NCBI GenBank assembly: GCA_965215505.1
Contig: OZ244065.1
Coordinates: forward strand, 4,672,001 to 4,736,000
Direction: 5' to 3'
Length of the DNA stretch: 64,000 nt
Source of the DNA: Capsulimonadaceae bacterium
GTDB lineage: Bacteria > Armatimonadota > Armatimonadia > Armatimonadales > Capsulimonadaceae
Below the pieces are notes generated by a model that was not told where the DNA came from, made no database searches, and worked only from the letters and a program-made list of their open reading frames with translations. Shown piece by piece: positions 1-10,520 of the stretch. A program made the translations under genes and the position numbers. The stretch's first letter is position 1; every line of letters begins with the position of its first letter.

Positions 1-984
1 CAGGCATGGCGAGCCGCCTGGCGCGACAACTATATCACCAGGCCCGACATCCGCCGCATCAAGTCGCTCGGCTTCAACACCGTCCGCGTCCCCCTCGACT
101 GGCGCGACTTCGGAAGCGGCGATTCGTCCGTCGGCTTCCGCTCGCTCGACCCTCTTCTGGCCTGGTGCCGGGCGGAGGGCGTCTACGTCCTGCCGGACAT
201 GCACGTCTACCCGGACACTTTGGGCAAAGGCACCGTATTCGTCCGCTCCGAAACCGAGGCCGACCTCGCCCTCGACACGGTCAAGGCCGCCTGGGCGACG
301 GTCGCGCTGCATTACCGCGACAACCCCAACATCCTCGGCTATGACCTGCTCAACGAGCCGCCCGGCTACCACGACGACCGCCTCCGCCCGACCTACCTCC
401 AGATCCGGAACGCCATCCGCGCCGTGGACACACACCACATCATCGTGGTCGAGCCGAACATCTTCTCCGACCTTGGCACGCCGGGCCACTGGTCCCTGGG
501 CGCACCCATTGACGCCGACATGGCGGTCGCCCCCCACTTCTACGGCGGGGCGGTGCCGGGCAGCATTGACGCCGACCTCCCGACCGACGCCAACCACCAC
601 AACGGACGCAAGTACCTGAACTGGCAATACGCGGCTGAGAACCACGTCCCTCTGCTCGTCGGCGAGTTCGGCGAGAACAGCGACGACTGGCTCCGGCGCA
701 TGGTTCGTCTCTGGAAAACCGGCAAGGATGGCGTGGCGGCGGGGGTCTTTTACTGGACCTACAAGAAGCCCGGAAACGAGGCCGGCGACCTCGTCACTGT
801 CCCCTGGATTCCGGGCTGGGACACTATCCGACACTACCTCCAGGACGGCGGCCCGCCCCCGCCGGACGCCTACAAGGCGATGATGGACATGGCCGCCGCC
901 ACGAACGCGAGGTACGAAGTCTTCCACCCCAACATCGCCGAGGCTTTGCGGGGAGAGGCACCGCCCCAGTCTGCACCGAAATGA
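1..984 (+). CDS. Glycoside hydrolase family 5 (cellulase-like), 5' end outside window
   Basis: Frame open from base 1 (IRRIKSLGFNTVRVPLDW). GH5 motifs YDLLNEP (acid/base), APHFY and LLVGEFG (nucleophile). Confidence 0.9.
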   Translation, partial: QAWRAAWRDNYITRPDIRRIKSLGFNTVRVPLDWRDFGSGDSSVGFRSLDPLLAWCRAEGVYVLPDMHVYPDTLGKGTVFVRSETEADLALDTVKAAWATVALHYRDNPNILGYDLLNEPPGYHDDRLRPTYLQIRNAIRAVDTHHIIVVEPNIFSDLGTPGHWSLGAPIDADMAVAPHFYGGAVPGSIDADLPTDANHHNGRKYLNWQYAAENHVPLLVGEFGENSDDWLRRMVRLWKTGKDGVAAGVFYWTYKKPGNEAGDLVTVPWIPGWDTIRHYLQDGGPPPPDAYKAMMDMAAATNARYEVFHPNIAEALRGEAPPQSAPK

Positions 985-1001
985 CGCCCGGCGGCGGACT
1001 C

Positions 1002-2519
1002 TCAGCCCTCTATCTCTCCGAGAGCCGAACTCATCCGTCCTTGAATCGCCGCTTGGATCTCGGCCACTTCTTCGTCCGACAACTCTGCGAACCGATCCCT
1101 TTTTCCCTTCGCTAGATGCCCCCGGTTTTGTAGGCACAATTGTACCAGCAGAGAGGCGCGACGGTCAGGCATGTCCACGACATCACGCACCGCCTCGAAG
1201 CAGGCGTCATAGAGACTCAGAAAATCCAGCTCTTTCTTGAAATCCTGCTGGATGGTGTCGGCGACCCTCTCATAAAGATACTCTGCCTGTGCCGTCGCGT
1301 CGAAGTGGCGATATAATTGGTCTGTGGTGTTGAGGACTTCGATCATACGATCCTCCGTCCACTTCCAGTCAATGTACGGTAGGAGCGGGCGGGAGAAAGC
1401 TTCTAATGCCTGGTCGTATAGATGCCTCTGGCGGAGTATGGCAGCGCTCACCGGCAGGATCACGCCGGGGGGGCTGAAACCCCGCCGCGCCAGCATCGCG
1501 TGAATGAGGAAGCGGTGGATGCGCCCGTTGCCGTCCTCGAACGGATGCACGAAGACGAACGCGAAGGCGCTGACCGCCGCCGCCAGTACGGCATCTAAGT
1601 CGCTGGAAGAAACGCGCTCCGTCATTGCCATCCAGCCCTGCATGAGAGAGGGGACATCCTGCGGGCGTGGACAGATGAAGTGGACCTGCTCTTGAAAATC
1701 GTGCGTCGTCTGGCCGACGAAGTTCTGCACGTCACGCCAGTCGTTCGCGGCATAACGCGGGTCCACGATGCTCGCCTGCAAGCGGACGAGTTCTTCCTTT
1801 GAATGGTGAAAGTCTCCCACCCCGTGCAGGGTCTGCCAGAACCGTTCTTCGCGGAGGCGGCTTGGCTTCTCCCCTTCAATCGCGAAGGAGGAGCGCGTCT
1901 CCTTCGTATACAGGAAATTGACGGCCCGTGCCAGCGTTTCCGGCGCGTACTGCTTCGCCAGGCGCGCGGCCTCCAGGTCAAGGCGGGCTTTGCACAGTGC
2001 CTCCAGCCGGGGCGTCCGGCGCAAAACCGGGCAGAAACCGCCGCCGCCCAGCAGGTTGTCACGGACACGGTGCCGCGCTGAGACTTGCGGGCGTGCGCCG
2101 TAATGACGCCGCTCATCCAGTGCATCGACATAGATGCCGGCGCGCGCCGCTTCCAGGTCCAGGGTCTGCCCGCCCAGCGTCTCATACAGGAACCAGGCCC
2201 GCCGGCTGAAACCGCTCGTCGGCTTGGAGCGCACCCACTCTTCCAGCGCGTGCCGCCCGATGCCTGCCATTGCCTCATGGACGATGCCTAGATCAAGCGG
2301 CTCGTTCTTCAGGGCGAAAGTCAGGTGCCCGATTAAAGTGTCTGCCGGCAGATATTGGGGGGGATAAAACTCTTCCGCCGCCCCCGGAAGTTCTTTCGTG
2401 CGGCGCGCGCCAGCCCCGACAAAGCTACGCACGGCGGGCAGCGGGCGTCGCATCTCAAGCCTCTGGTGCAAAGCGTACTGGCCCGCCGGTGTGTAGGAAT
2501 TGTTCTGGGGGCGGCTCAT
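1002..2519 (-). CDS. Fic family protein
   Basis: Canonical Fic motif HPFEDGNGRIHR in a 505-aa ORF. Confidence 0.92.
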   Translation of the reverse strand: MSRPQNNSYTPAGQYALHQRLEMRRPLPAVRSFVGAGARRTKELPGAAEEFYPPQYLPADTLIGHLTFALKNEPLDLGIVHEAMAGIGRHALEEWVRSKPTSGFSRRAWFLYETLGGQTLDLEAARAGIYVDALDERRHYGARPQVSARHRVRDNLLGGGGFCPVLRRTPRLEALCKARLDLEAARLAKQYAPETLARAVNFLYTKETRSSFAIEGEKPSRLREERFWQTLHGVGDFHHSKEELVRLQASIVDPRYAANDWRDVQNFVGQTTHDFQEQVHFICPRPQDVPSLMQGWMAMTERVSSSDLDAVLAAAVSAFAFVFVHPFEDGNGRIHRFLIHAMLARRGFSPPGVILPVSAAILRQRHLYDQALEAFSRPLLPYIDWKWTEDRMIEVLNTTDQLYRHFDATAQAEYLYERVADTIQQDFKKELDFLSLYDACFEAVRDVVDMPDRRASLLVQLCLQNRGHLAKGKRDRFAELSDEEVAEIQAAIQGRMSSALGEIEG

Positions 2520-2649
2520 TGTCGCAAAACCATGTCGTTTATCTTAAAACAGTAACTAGAGCCATAGTTTATCCTAAACCATTGTCGCTGTCAATGCCGT
2601 TGGGGGCACTTCCAGGGCGATTGCATATCGACGTTACTTCCGTGCCATG

Positions 2650-2841
2650 ACCCGACCATGCCATGAATGGCACGACTACTCCTGGTACGGCTACGCGGCG
2701 AGGACGCTACAAACCCCGCTTCTGCACTGGTCAGCACTGGCTACCCGGAGGGCGCGGGGCTAGGAGTTTTTCCTCAGTGCCGCGAAGCGGTACTTCCTGG
2801 CGTCCTCGCCGCGTAGCCGTGCGTTTCAACGCACGGTCGGG
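2650..2841. repeat. REP/REPIN-like palindromic intergenic element
   Basis: Perfect 21-bp inverted repeat 2687-2707 / 2800-2820. GTAG+palindrome units on opposite strands (GTAGTCGTGCCATTCATGGCATGGTCGGG minus; GTAGCCGTGCGTTTCAACGCACGGTCGGG plus). Confidence 0.7.
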
Positions 2842-2867
2842 TTTATATGCGATTGCCACGGGGCACT

Positions 2868-3836
2868 TCATTTGCGGTCGGCCACGTCGCGCGCTTGCAG
2901 GAGGAGTTCGGCCATCTCCAGCGACGCCGCCGTGCTGTAGTACTCGTCCCCGCCACACGTTAGGGCCGCGAGGAGCGCCTGATGGACGGGGACGGTCGGC
3001 ACGGTGTCGGTGATGTCCGCCTCGGGCCGGCCCTCGGTGGTGAGGAGGCAGCGCCCGTCCCGCACCTCGACCATCCCCTTGCTGCCCGCCAGGCGGAGGC
3101 GGTCGTCGCCGTGCGTTTTGGCCGAGGCGGGGCGCAGGAAGTCGGCGTGGACCAGGCCGCTGCCGCCGTTTTCGAGGGCGAACGCGCAGGCGACGTGGTC
3201 CTCCATCGTCGGGTAGGCGGGCCGGGAGAGGTTGCCCTGCCGCCCCCACAGGGGCCGGAGGCTTTGGCCGGTCGTGAAGCGGAGGACGTCAATGCCGTGG
3301 CTGGCGATCCAGAGCAGGGTGCCGCCGTAGAGGCTGCGGTCGTCGTACCAGGGGGGCCGCGTGCCGAACCTGTAGCTCTTCTGGGCGGTCGCCAGCACGA
3401 CCTCGCCGATCAGGCCGTCGGCGACGGCGGCGCGGGCGGCCCGGAACTCCGGCAGGGCGCGGAAGGGGAACTCGGTCAGCAGGAGGCGTCGCGTACCGTC
3501 GGTCAGTGCCCGCAGACGCGCCAGCATCTCCCAGGAGGCGGCGACCGGCTTGTCGCTGACCACGGCGACCTCGCGCTCCAAAGCGGCGGCGGCCCATTCG
3601 CCGTTCAGGGCGTAGACGGCCCCGACGCTGACAACGTCGGGCCGGGCGGCCTCCAGCATGACCCGCGCGTCGTCGAACCAGAGGGTGTCGCCTAGTGTCG
3701 CGGCGAACGCCTCTGCTTTCTCGTCATCTACCCCGTCACCCGCCACGGGAACGGGCCGCTCCACGGACAAACCGGAATCGCTCAGAGCGGCGCGCAGATA
3801 ATGGTGTCCGTGTCCGCCGATGAAGGCAAGGCGCAT
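2868..3836 (-). CDS. Gfo/Idh/MocA family oxidoreductase
   Basis: Start at MRLAFIGG, VVSDKP motif, GGTLLWIASHGID catalytic segment. Confidence 0.85.
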   Translation of the reverse strand: MRLAFIGGHGHHYLRAALSDSGLSVERPVPVAGDGVDDEKAEAFAATLGDTLWFDDARVMLEAARPDVVSVGAVYALNGEWAAAALEREVAVVSDKPVAASWEMLARLRALTDGTRRLLLTEFPFRALPEFRAARAAVADGLIGEVVLATAQKSYRFGTRPPWYDDRSLYGGTLLWIASHGIDVLRFTTGQSLRPLWGRQGNLSRPAYPTMEDHVACAFALENGGSGLVHADFLRPASAKTHGDDRLRLAGSKGMVEVRDGRCLLTTEGRPEADITDTVPTVPVHQALLAALTCGGDEYYSTAASLEMAELLLQARDVADRK

Positions 3837-3840
3837 GGGG

Positions 3841-5112
3841 TCAGCTTTCTTCTTCCGCCGGCCCGGCGAAGAACGAGTAGCCGCGCAGGTCACGCGCCCC
3901 GCCCGGCGCGGTCCAGCCGGTCAGGCCCGTCTCGTGCGGCAGGCAATGGCGCTCGGCGCAGGCTTGGAAGAGGTCTTCGATGCCCGAAATCGCCGTCAGG
4001 CGTCCGCCCTCCCCCGAGGGCAGCACGTTGAAGAACTGCGGTGGGATGGCATGCACTGGCGCGGCCTCGGACGCCCCGTTGACGGCGATCAGGTGTGCGC
4101 GCGCCACGACCAGCGTCGCGACCGGCTGTTCGTCGGGGACGCCGCGCACGAGCGAGGCGAACCGGCGCAGCATGTGCGTCCGGGACGCCTCCCGCAGCGA
4201 GAACGTCTGCGCCCCGCGCGGCGTCCGTATCTCGGCCTGTGCGCCCGCCTCATAGTGGAGGCTGCCGGACGTACCCTCCATGACGATGCGGGGCGGGCGT
4301 GTCTCGCGGCAGGCGTGAGTCAGCAGGGCAAGAAGCGGTACGCCCGACGCGGTGACGAGCCGCAGGCCGCAGGTGTCATAGGTTTCGATGGGGTTTGCGC
4401 GGTACAACTCGGCTTCGACACCCGCAGGGACGGCGGAGTCTCCGAGGGAGTCGCCCAGCAGGAACAGGGCGAGGTTGAGGTAGTGGGCCAGCGCGTTGCT
4501 CGCTGGGCTGTCCATCACCCACGCGCCGCCTTGCCGCCGGCGTCCGGCCCAGGCGGAGCGGGCGTAGTAGCGGCTGTCGCGCGGCCAGCAGGCCGTCAGG
4601 GTGACGGACCGGACCGCGCCGATTTCCCCGGCCAGCAGCGCCCGCTTGAGCGCGAGTGTCGCCGGCTCATGGATGTCCTGGAAGCCTATCGCCACGGGCA
4701 GCCCCGCCCGGTTTTGGGCCTCCTGCATGGCGTCCAGGTCTTGAACACAACCGGCGGCTGGCTTTTCGCACATCACGGCGAGGCCCGCCGCCAGGGCCTG
4801 CTCGGTGTAGGGGCGGTGGAGCGGGATGGGAAGCGGCAGCCAGACCGCCTCGGCGGGACGGGCCAGCAGGTCTTCCCAGCGCGCCAGTACGGGGACGCCC
4901 GCCGCTTCCAGTTCGGCGGACAGCGCGGGGTGCGCGTCCGGGTCCGGCTCACAGATGGCGGCCAGCCGGACGAGCGGCCCCGCGCCGCCCGCGCCCCGGC
5001 TCTGTTCCAGCAGCAGGCGGCAGATGACCCCGGCGTAGCCGCCCATCCCCGCCGTGCCGATGAGCAAAGGCCCCGCCGGAGTCCCGGCGGGGCCTGATGC
5101 CGACGTCGTCAT
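3841..5112 (-). CDS. Gfo/Idh/MocA family oxidoreductase
   Basis: Rossmann GMGGYA, VMCEKP, NALAHYLN. Start at MTTSAS chosen to follow the upstream gene. Confidence 0.88.
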   Translation of the reverse strand: MTTSASGPAGTPAGPLLIGTAGMGGYAGVICRLLLEQSRGAGGAGPLVRLAAICEPDPDAHPALSAELEAAGVPVLARWEDLLARPAEAVWLPLPIPLHRPYTEQALAAGLAVMCEKPAAGCVQDLDAMQEAQNRAGLPVAIGFQDIHEPATLALKRALLAGEIGAVRSVTLTACWPRDSRYYARSAWAGRRRQGGAWVMDSPASNALAHYLNLALFLLGDSLGDSAVPAGVEAELYRANPIETYDTCGLRLVTASGVPLLALLTHACRETRPPRIVMEGTSGSLHYEAGAQAEIRTPRGAQTFSLREASRTHMLRRFASLVRGVPDEQPVATLVVARAHLIAVNGASEAAPVHAIPPQFFNVLPSGEGGRLTAISGIEDLFQACAERHCLPHETGLTGWTAPGGARDLRGYSFFAGPAEEES

Positions 5113-5114
5113 CG

Positions 5115-5828
5115 TCAGACCTTCGTCGCGGGCGCGGTGGTCGGGGCAGCGGCCGGGGCTGCGCCGGGGGCTGCGGGCGCGGGGAACGTGAACGGGGTGC
5201 CCTGCATGGCCTTCCACTGCGTCTTCTGCGTGTCGGTCAGCAGGGCGAGGATCTTGTCGCCCTCGGCCTTCTGCATGTCGGTCATCTTGGTCGCCAGGGC
5301 CTGGCGGTCCGCGTCGGTCATGTTCTGGTAGTCAATGCCCTGCATGGCCGCCCGCCGGTCCGCATTGGCCTGGGTCTGGAGGTCGGCCACCTGCTTCTGC
5401 TGGTCGTCGGTCAGCTTGAGCTGGTCGGCCACGCTCTTGCGCGTGATGGCGACCGGCCCCTGCTGCTGCAATTCGAGCTGGCGGAAGCGCATCCCGATGA
5501 TCTCGAAGACAGCCTTGTCCTGAAGCTCCTGCGTCTTCGCCATCCGCTGCTGGCGCTCCTCGGGCGTCATCTGGCCGGGGCCATTGGGATAAAGCGCCGT
5601 CATGGCGTCGCGCACTTCCTGCTGCTTGACGTCAATCATGCTGATCTGCTCTGGCGTCAGCTTCAGCTCCTTCTGCACTTCCGGGAGGCGCAGCATTTGC
5701 AGGCCCCCGCCGTTGTTCTGGCCCCACCTGCCGCCGCGCCCGCCGCCGCCGAACTGCGCCATCGCCGTGCCGGACGTGAGCGCGAAGAGCGCCACCGCCG
5801 CCAGTACCATGCTCCGCTGCCGTTTCAT
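5115..5828 (-). CDS. Secreted helical protein with LTxxQ repeats (Spy/CpxP-like)
   Basis: Signal peptide ending AMA; repeated LKLTPEQ / LKLTDDQ / LLTDTQ motifs. Confidence 0.7.
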   Translation of the reverse strand: MKRQRSMVLAAVALFALTSGTAMAQFGGGGRGGRWGQNNGGGLQMLRLPEVQKELKLTPEQISMIDVKQQEVRDAMTALYPNGPGQMTPEERQQRMAKTQELQDKAVFEIIGMRFRQLELQQQGPVAITRKSVADQLKLTDDQQKQVADLQTQANADRRAAMQGIDYQNMTDADRQALATKMTDMQKAEGDKILALLTDTQKTQWKAMQGTPFTFPAPAAPGAAPAAAPTTAPATKV

Positions 5829-5943
5829 TTCGTTGCCTTTCCGCCCCTGTGGGGCAAAGAGCCGTTCTGTTTCGGACTACTGCACTTCTTTGTTTTGCAA
5901 CCGTTGCCGTTTTTCCTTCTTTTGGCCCCGCAAAAATACGGAG

Positions 5944-8025
5944 TCATGGCTTCAGTCCATTCGCGACAAGCGGCAGCGCACGGAGCCGGACTCCGGCCGC
6001 CTCGAAGATCGCGCTGCCGAGCGCCGGGGCGATGGCGATGATGGGCGTCTCGCCCGCGCCCACCGAGGGCAGGTCCGTCCGGTCCAGCAGCACAACGTCG
6101 ATGGGCGGCACGTCGCCGAAGCGCGGGACACGGTAGGCGGACAAACACGGGTTCAGGATGCGCCCCCCGTCGAATTGGACGGCCTCGAACAGCGCGCCCC
6201 CCAGACCCATGACGACCGCTCCCTCCACCTGGCTTTCCAGGTGCCGGGGGTTGATGACGGCCCCGCATTCGTAGGCCGCCACGATGCGGACCACGCGCAC
6301 CGCGCCGGTTTCGGGCGTGACGGCGACCTCGACGCAGTTAGCGATGAAACTGCCCTTCTCGGTCCCACAGGCGATCCCGAAGCCGTGATTAGGAGGCGCT
6401 TTGCGCCCCTGCCACCCGAATCGCTCCGCCGCCGCCGTCAGCACCGCGCGCATCCGGTCATCGCCCAGGTTATGCAGGCGGAAGGCCAGCGGGTCCCAGC
6501 CGTGGGCATGGGCCAGGTCGTCTATGTGGCACTCGCGGGCGAAGTGATTGCCGGTCGCCGCCAAGGCCCGGTAGGAACCCTGTCGGAGCGGCGACGAGGC
6601 TTCGTGGAACTCTGCCACCTGCTCCGGGACTCGGTACGGCGACTGAATGCCCGCCGACCCCGAGTTGTAGTTGTGGCACTCCCACCGCGTCAGCGTCCCG
6701 TCCGCGTCCGTGGCGGCGTTGACCTCGATGACCCCGGCTGGCCGGAGGTAGGCCGCCGTGAACTCCTCCTCGCGGGTCCAGACCATCTTCACGGGCCTGC
6801 CGGCGGCGCGGGCGAGCCTGGCGGCCTCGACCGCCGCCTCCCCGGTGTGCTTGCCGCCGTAGCCCGAGCCGGTATCCGGCACGATGACGCGGACCTGGTC
6901 TTCGGGCACGTCCAGGGCGACCGCCAGCTCTTCCCGCACCCCGAAAGGCCGCTGCGTCCCCGTCCAGACGGTCAGCCGCCCGTCCTCCCACACTGCCAGC
7001 GCAGCGCGCGGCTCCAGCGGCACATGCGCGAGGTAGGCGAGAGTATAGGTCGCCTGAAGCCGGTGCCCCCCGCCGTCTCCCTGAATGGCCGGGATGGGGG
7101 CAGAGTCCGGGCGCAGCAAGGCGACCAGGTCGGACCCCGCCGCGACGGGCGGCAGGTCCCATTCGGCTTTGACCGCCCTCAGCGCGCGCTCCGCCGCTGC
7201 CGCCGTCGGGGCGGCGACGCCGGCGAACCCGCCGTCATGGACGGCGACAACGCCGGGCAGTGCCTCCGCGCCGTGTAGGGCCACCGTCTTGAGAACGGCC
7301 CCGAAGACGGGGGGACGCAGGACGCGGCCCCAGAGCATCCCGTCCGCCGCGCAGTCGGAGGTGTAGTGGTGGCGGCCCGTCACGAACGCCCGCCCGTCCA
7401 CCTTCGGGGCCGACGTTCCCGCGACCTTCCACTCACCGGCGGGCGTCACGGCGACATCCGGGCCGACGGTCCGTGCGAGCCTCCGCCCCTGAACGATCTG
7501 CCCGAAGCCCAGCGCCCGCCCCGTTGGCGCATGACAGACCCCGCCTTCTTCGACAGTAAGCGCGGCGGGGTCTACCCGCCACTGTTCTGCCGCCAGCCCG
7601 GTCAGCAACTCGCGGGCCGTGGCGGCGGCCCGGCGCACCTGCGGGGCCATGAACGGCGTGGTCCGGCTGCCGAACGTCCCCATGTCAAACGGCGACAGGT
7701 CGGTGTCACCCAGCACGATCCGGATGGCGTCCATGGAAACCAGCAGCTCATCGGCGACGGCCTGTGCCAGCGACGTCCGGATGTTCTGGCCGACCTCCGC
7801 CTTGCCCGTCCCGACCGTGACGCGGCCCTCTGCCCCCAGATGAAGCCAGACTTCTACATCCCGAGTACCGGGATATGGCGCGGAGGCGGCAACCAGGGCC
7901 ACGATCCCCGCCCCATAAAGGCCGAAAAGGTCGGCCCGGATAGGCAGGGGGTGGGGGAACGGCTCGGCCTCCAGCTCGTACCGCTCCGGGGCGTCCACCC
8001 CCTCGGCCAGTGTTTCCGTGTTCAT
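5944..8025 (-). CDS. Molybdopterin-binding oxidoreductase large subunit (xanthine dehydrogenase/IorB-like)
   Basis: KAEVGQNIRT, GTFGSRT, AHVPLEPR, GSGYGGK, GAGETPI motifs. Overlaps the stop of the 2Fe-2S subunit gene. Confidence 0.88.
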   Translation of the reverse strand: MNTETLAEGVDAPERYELEAEPFPHPLPIRADLFGLYGAGIVALVAASAPYPGTRDVEVWLHLGAEGRVTVGTGKAEVGQNIRTSLAQAVADELLVSMDAIRIVLGDTDLSPFDMGTFGSRTTPFMAPQVRRAAATARELLTGLAAEQWRVDPAALTVEEGGVCHAPTGRALGFGQIVQGRRLARTVGPDVAVTPAGEWKVAGTSAPKVDGRAFVTGRHHYTSDCAADGMLWGRVLRPPVFGAVLKTVALHGAEALPGVVAVHDGGFAGVAAPTAAAAERALRAVKAEWDLPPVAAGSDLVALLRPDSAPIPAIQGDGGGHRLQATYTLAYLAHVPLEPRAALAVWEDGRLTVWTGTQRPFGVREELAVALDVPEDQVRVIVPDTGSGYGGKHTGEAAVEAARLARAAGRPVKMVWTREEEFTAAYLRPAGVIEVNAATDADGTLTRWECHNYNSGSAGIQSPYRVPEQVAEFHEASSPLRQGSYRALAATGNHFARECHIDDLAHAHGWDPLAFRLHNLGDDRMRAVLTAAAERFGWQGRKAPPNHGFGIACGTEKGSFIANCVEVAVTPETGAVRVVRIVAAYECGAVINPRHLESQVEGAVVMGLGGALFEAVQFDGGRILNPCLSAYRVPRFGDVPPIDVVLLDRTDLPSVGAGETPIIAIAPALGSAIFEAAGVRLRALPLVANGLKP

Positions 8026-8501
8026 CGCGCTCCCCTTTCCATGCTTCGCGCCGCCAGCCGGACCGCCGCCAGGATGCGCCGGTAGACCCCGCACCGGCAG
8101 ACGTGCTTCTGGAGCGCCCCGATGATCTCCGCCTCAGTCGGGTCGCCGTTCTCCGCCAGCAGGGCCACGGTCGCCAGTATCATCCCAGGCGTGCAGTACC
8201 CGCATTGGAGCGCGTCGGCCTCCAAGAATGCTTCCTGGACCGGGTGAAGCCGCCCCTCCCGTTCGAGTCCCTCGATGGTGAGGACCGCCCCCGACCCGAC
8301 CGCACCGATCGGCGTGATGCACGTCGGCACCGGTTTCCCGCCCAGCAGCACGACGCAGGCCCCGCACTGCGCCTCGCCGCAGCCGTACTTCGCCCCCGTC
8401 AGGCCCATCTCGTCCCGCAGAACGCCAAGCAGGCTCCGCTCCGGGCTTCCGGTGACGGTGCAACCGGCTCCGTTGACGTGTATCTGTTGTTCTTCCGGCA
8501 T
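8022..8501 (-). CDS. (2Fe-2S)-binding small subunit (CoxS/IorA-like)
   Basis: GCGEAQCGAC, QCGYCTPG and CRCG motifs. Confidence 0.92.
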   Translation of the reverse strand: MPEEQQIHVNGAGCTVTGSPERSLLGVLRDEMGLTGAKYGCGEAQCGACVVLLGGKPVPTCITPIGAVGSGAVLTIEGLEREGRLHPVQEAFLEADALQCGYCTPGMILATVALLAENGDPTEAEIIGALQKHVCRCGVYRRILAAVRLAARSMERGAR

Positions 8502-8619
8502 AGTGCCCAATTCGCCGTCCACCGTGGGGAATCCTGTCTGGGAAAGCAGTCACCGGCACTTCAGTGCCAGTGACTTTCCAGCAGCAGGAATAAATGGCAG
8601 CACCGGCGAACTTCCTCCC

Positions 8620-10206
8620 ATGAAGCCATTCCTCCGCAGCATCTTTCACGCCGCCCTCATCCTGTGCGCGCTCACGTTCGCGGGGAGCGCCCGTGCGGCC
8701 GACCTCGCCAAGACCGCCGACGTCAAGACCGCCAACGGCGTCCTGGAAGGGACTGTGGACTCCGCCACCGGGGTCACGGCCTTCAAAGGCATCCCCTACG
8801 CCCAGCCGCCCGTCGGGGACCTGCGGTGGAAAGCGCCCCTGCCCGCCAAGGACTGGTCGGGCGTGCGTCCGGCGGCCGCCTTCGGGCCGCGCGCCATGCA
8901 GCTCCCCCTCTTCAGCGACATGGTCTTCCGCTCCAACGGCATGAGCGAGGACTGCCTGTACCTCAACGTCTGGGAACCTGCCACCGCCGACAAGCAGCGC
9001 CGGCCGGTGCTGGTCTACTTCTTCGGCGGCGGCTTCGTGGGCGGCGACGGCTCCGAGCCGCGCTATGACGGGGCGGCCATGGCGCGGCGCGGCATCGTGG
9101 CCGTCACCGTCACCTTCCGCCTGGGCGTGTTCGGCTTCCTCGCCCACCCCGAGCTGACGCGCGAGTCCCCACATCACGCCTCCGGCGACTACGGCCTGAT
9201 GGACCAGAGTGCCGCCCTGCGCTGGGTGCAGAAGAACATCGCGGCCTTCGGCGGCGACCCCAGGCGCGTCACCATCGCCGGCGAGTCGGCGGGGTCGTAC
9301 TCGGTCAGCGCCCAGATGGCCTCCCCCTGGTCCAAGGGCCTCATCACCGGGGCCATCGGGGAAAGTGGCTCGCTGATGGGCACGCACCCCACGCCCTTTT
9401 TGGCAGATGCCGAGCGCCGAGGCACGACGTTCGCGGCCGGCCTGGGGGCGACCTCGCTTGCCGCCCTGCGCGCCCTGCCCGCCGATCAAATCCTCGCCGC
9501 AACCGCCCCGCGCACCGCCCCGCGCTTCGGGGCCATCGTGGACGGCGACTTCCTGCCCCGTCCGCCCGCCGAGATCTACGCCGCCGGGGACCAGGCGCAC
9601 GTGCCCCTGCTGGTCGGGTGGAACTCGCAGGAGTCGGACGCCGGGGGCGTTCTGGGGAAGGACCCCCCGACCCCGGAGAACTTCGCCAAGGCTTTGCGGA
9701 CCGTCTTCGGGGACCACGCGGACGATGCCGCGAAAGTATTCCCCGCCTCCACGGACGAGGAAGCCCGCCAATCCGCGACGGCCCTCGCCAGCGACCGGTT
9801 CATCGCCTTCAGCACCTGGAAGTGGTACGACCTCCAGAGCCGCACCGGGGGCAAACCCGTCTTCCGCTACCTCTTCTCCCGCCCCCGTCCGGGCGGATCG
9901 GGCGCGGTGCATTCCGGCGAGATCGAGTACGCCCTGGGCAACCTCGCCACCAACACGACCTATGCCTGGACGCCGGACGACTACAAGGTATCCGAAACCA
10001 TGCAGAGCTACTTCGCGAACTTCATCAAGACCGGCGACCCGAACGGCGCGGCCCTGCCCTCCTGGCCCGCCGCCAACCGTGGCGGCTCGGAGCCGGTCAT
10101 GCACCTGGACGTGAACACCCATGTGGGCTTCGACGCGCACCGGGACCGCTACCGGTTCCTGGATCAGTTCTACTTCTACGCCCCGCCGGTTGACGGTTCG
10201 CGCTGA
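8620..10206 (+). CDS. Carboxylesterase type B, secreted
   Basis: Signal peptide at MKPFLRS; FKGIPYAQPPVGDLRW, SEDCLYLNVW, GGGF, GESAG, HSGEI. Confidence 0.93.
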   Translation: MKPFLRSIFHAALILCALTFAGSARAADLAKTADVKTANGVLEGTVDSATGVTAFKGIPYAQPPVGDLRWKAPLPAKDWSGVRPAAAFGPRAMQLPLFSDMVFRSNGMSEDCLYLNVWEPATADKQRRPVLVYFFGGGFVGGDGSEPRYDGAAMARRGIVAVTVTFRLGVFGFLAHPELTRESPHHASGDYGLMDQSAALRWVQKNIAAFGGDPRRVTIAGESAGSYSVSAQMASPWSKGLITGAIGESGSLMGTHPTPFLADAERRGTTFAAGLGATSLAALRALPADQILAATAPRTAPRFGAIVDGDFLPRPPAEIYAAGDQAHVPLLVGWNSQESDAGGVLGKDPPTPENFAKALRTVFGDHADDAAKVFPASTDEEARQSATALASDRFIAFSTWKWYDLQSRTGGKPVFRYLFSRPRPGGSGAVHSGEIEYALGNLATNTTYAWTPDDYKVSETMQSYFANFIKTGDPNGAALPSWPAANRGGSEPVMHLDVNTHVGFDAHRDRYRFLDQFYFYAPPVDGSR

Positions 10207-10257
10207 AGACTGAACGGCGGCGTCGCCAGGATGTTCTGCCGGGTCCGAGACGTGGGC

Positions 10258-10297
10258 AAAAAAAGGGGGCCGCAGGCATGATGCCTGCGGCTCCCTT
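10258..10297 (-). terminator. Intrinsic terminator between convergent genes
   Basis: Stem CCGCAGGCAT/ATGCCTGCGG with an A7 tract at 10258-10264 (U-tract on minus strand). Confidence 0.75.
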
Positions 10298-10325
10298 CTG
10301 CGTCTCTGGGTGAGGGTCCATCGGT

Positions 10326-10520
10326 TTAGAGGCCCAGATGCGCTAGCGCATACACTCCATAGGCTGCGCTTGATCCCATAAGGGCCACCATCCCCACCAC
10401 GTCCCACCGATGGGCGAGCCATTGCACAAATCCCCCGCCCGGCTTTGGCTTCGCCGGAACGGTCGCCTCGTCCAGATGGACTAGGGTAAGAACACTGTTC
10501 CCGTAAAGAGCGTGTCGCAT
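10326..10520 (-). CDS. Small hypothetical membrane protein (64 aa)
   Basis: Strong RBS GAGGAGG before ATG, C-terminal hydrophobic segment, terminator downstream. Confidence 0.55.
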   Translation of the reverse strand: MRHALYGNSVLTLVHLDEATVPAKPKPGGGFVQWLAHRWDVVGMVALMGSSAAYGVYALAHLGL

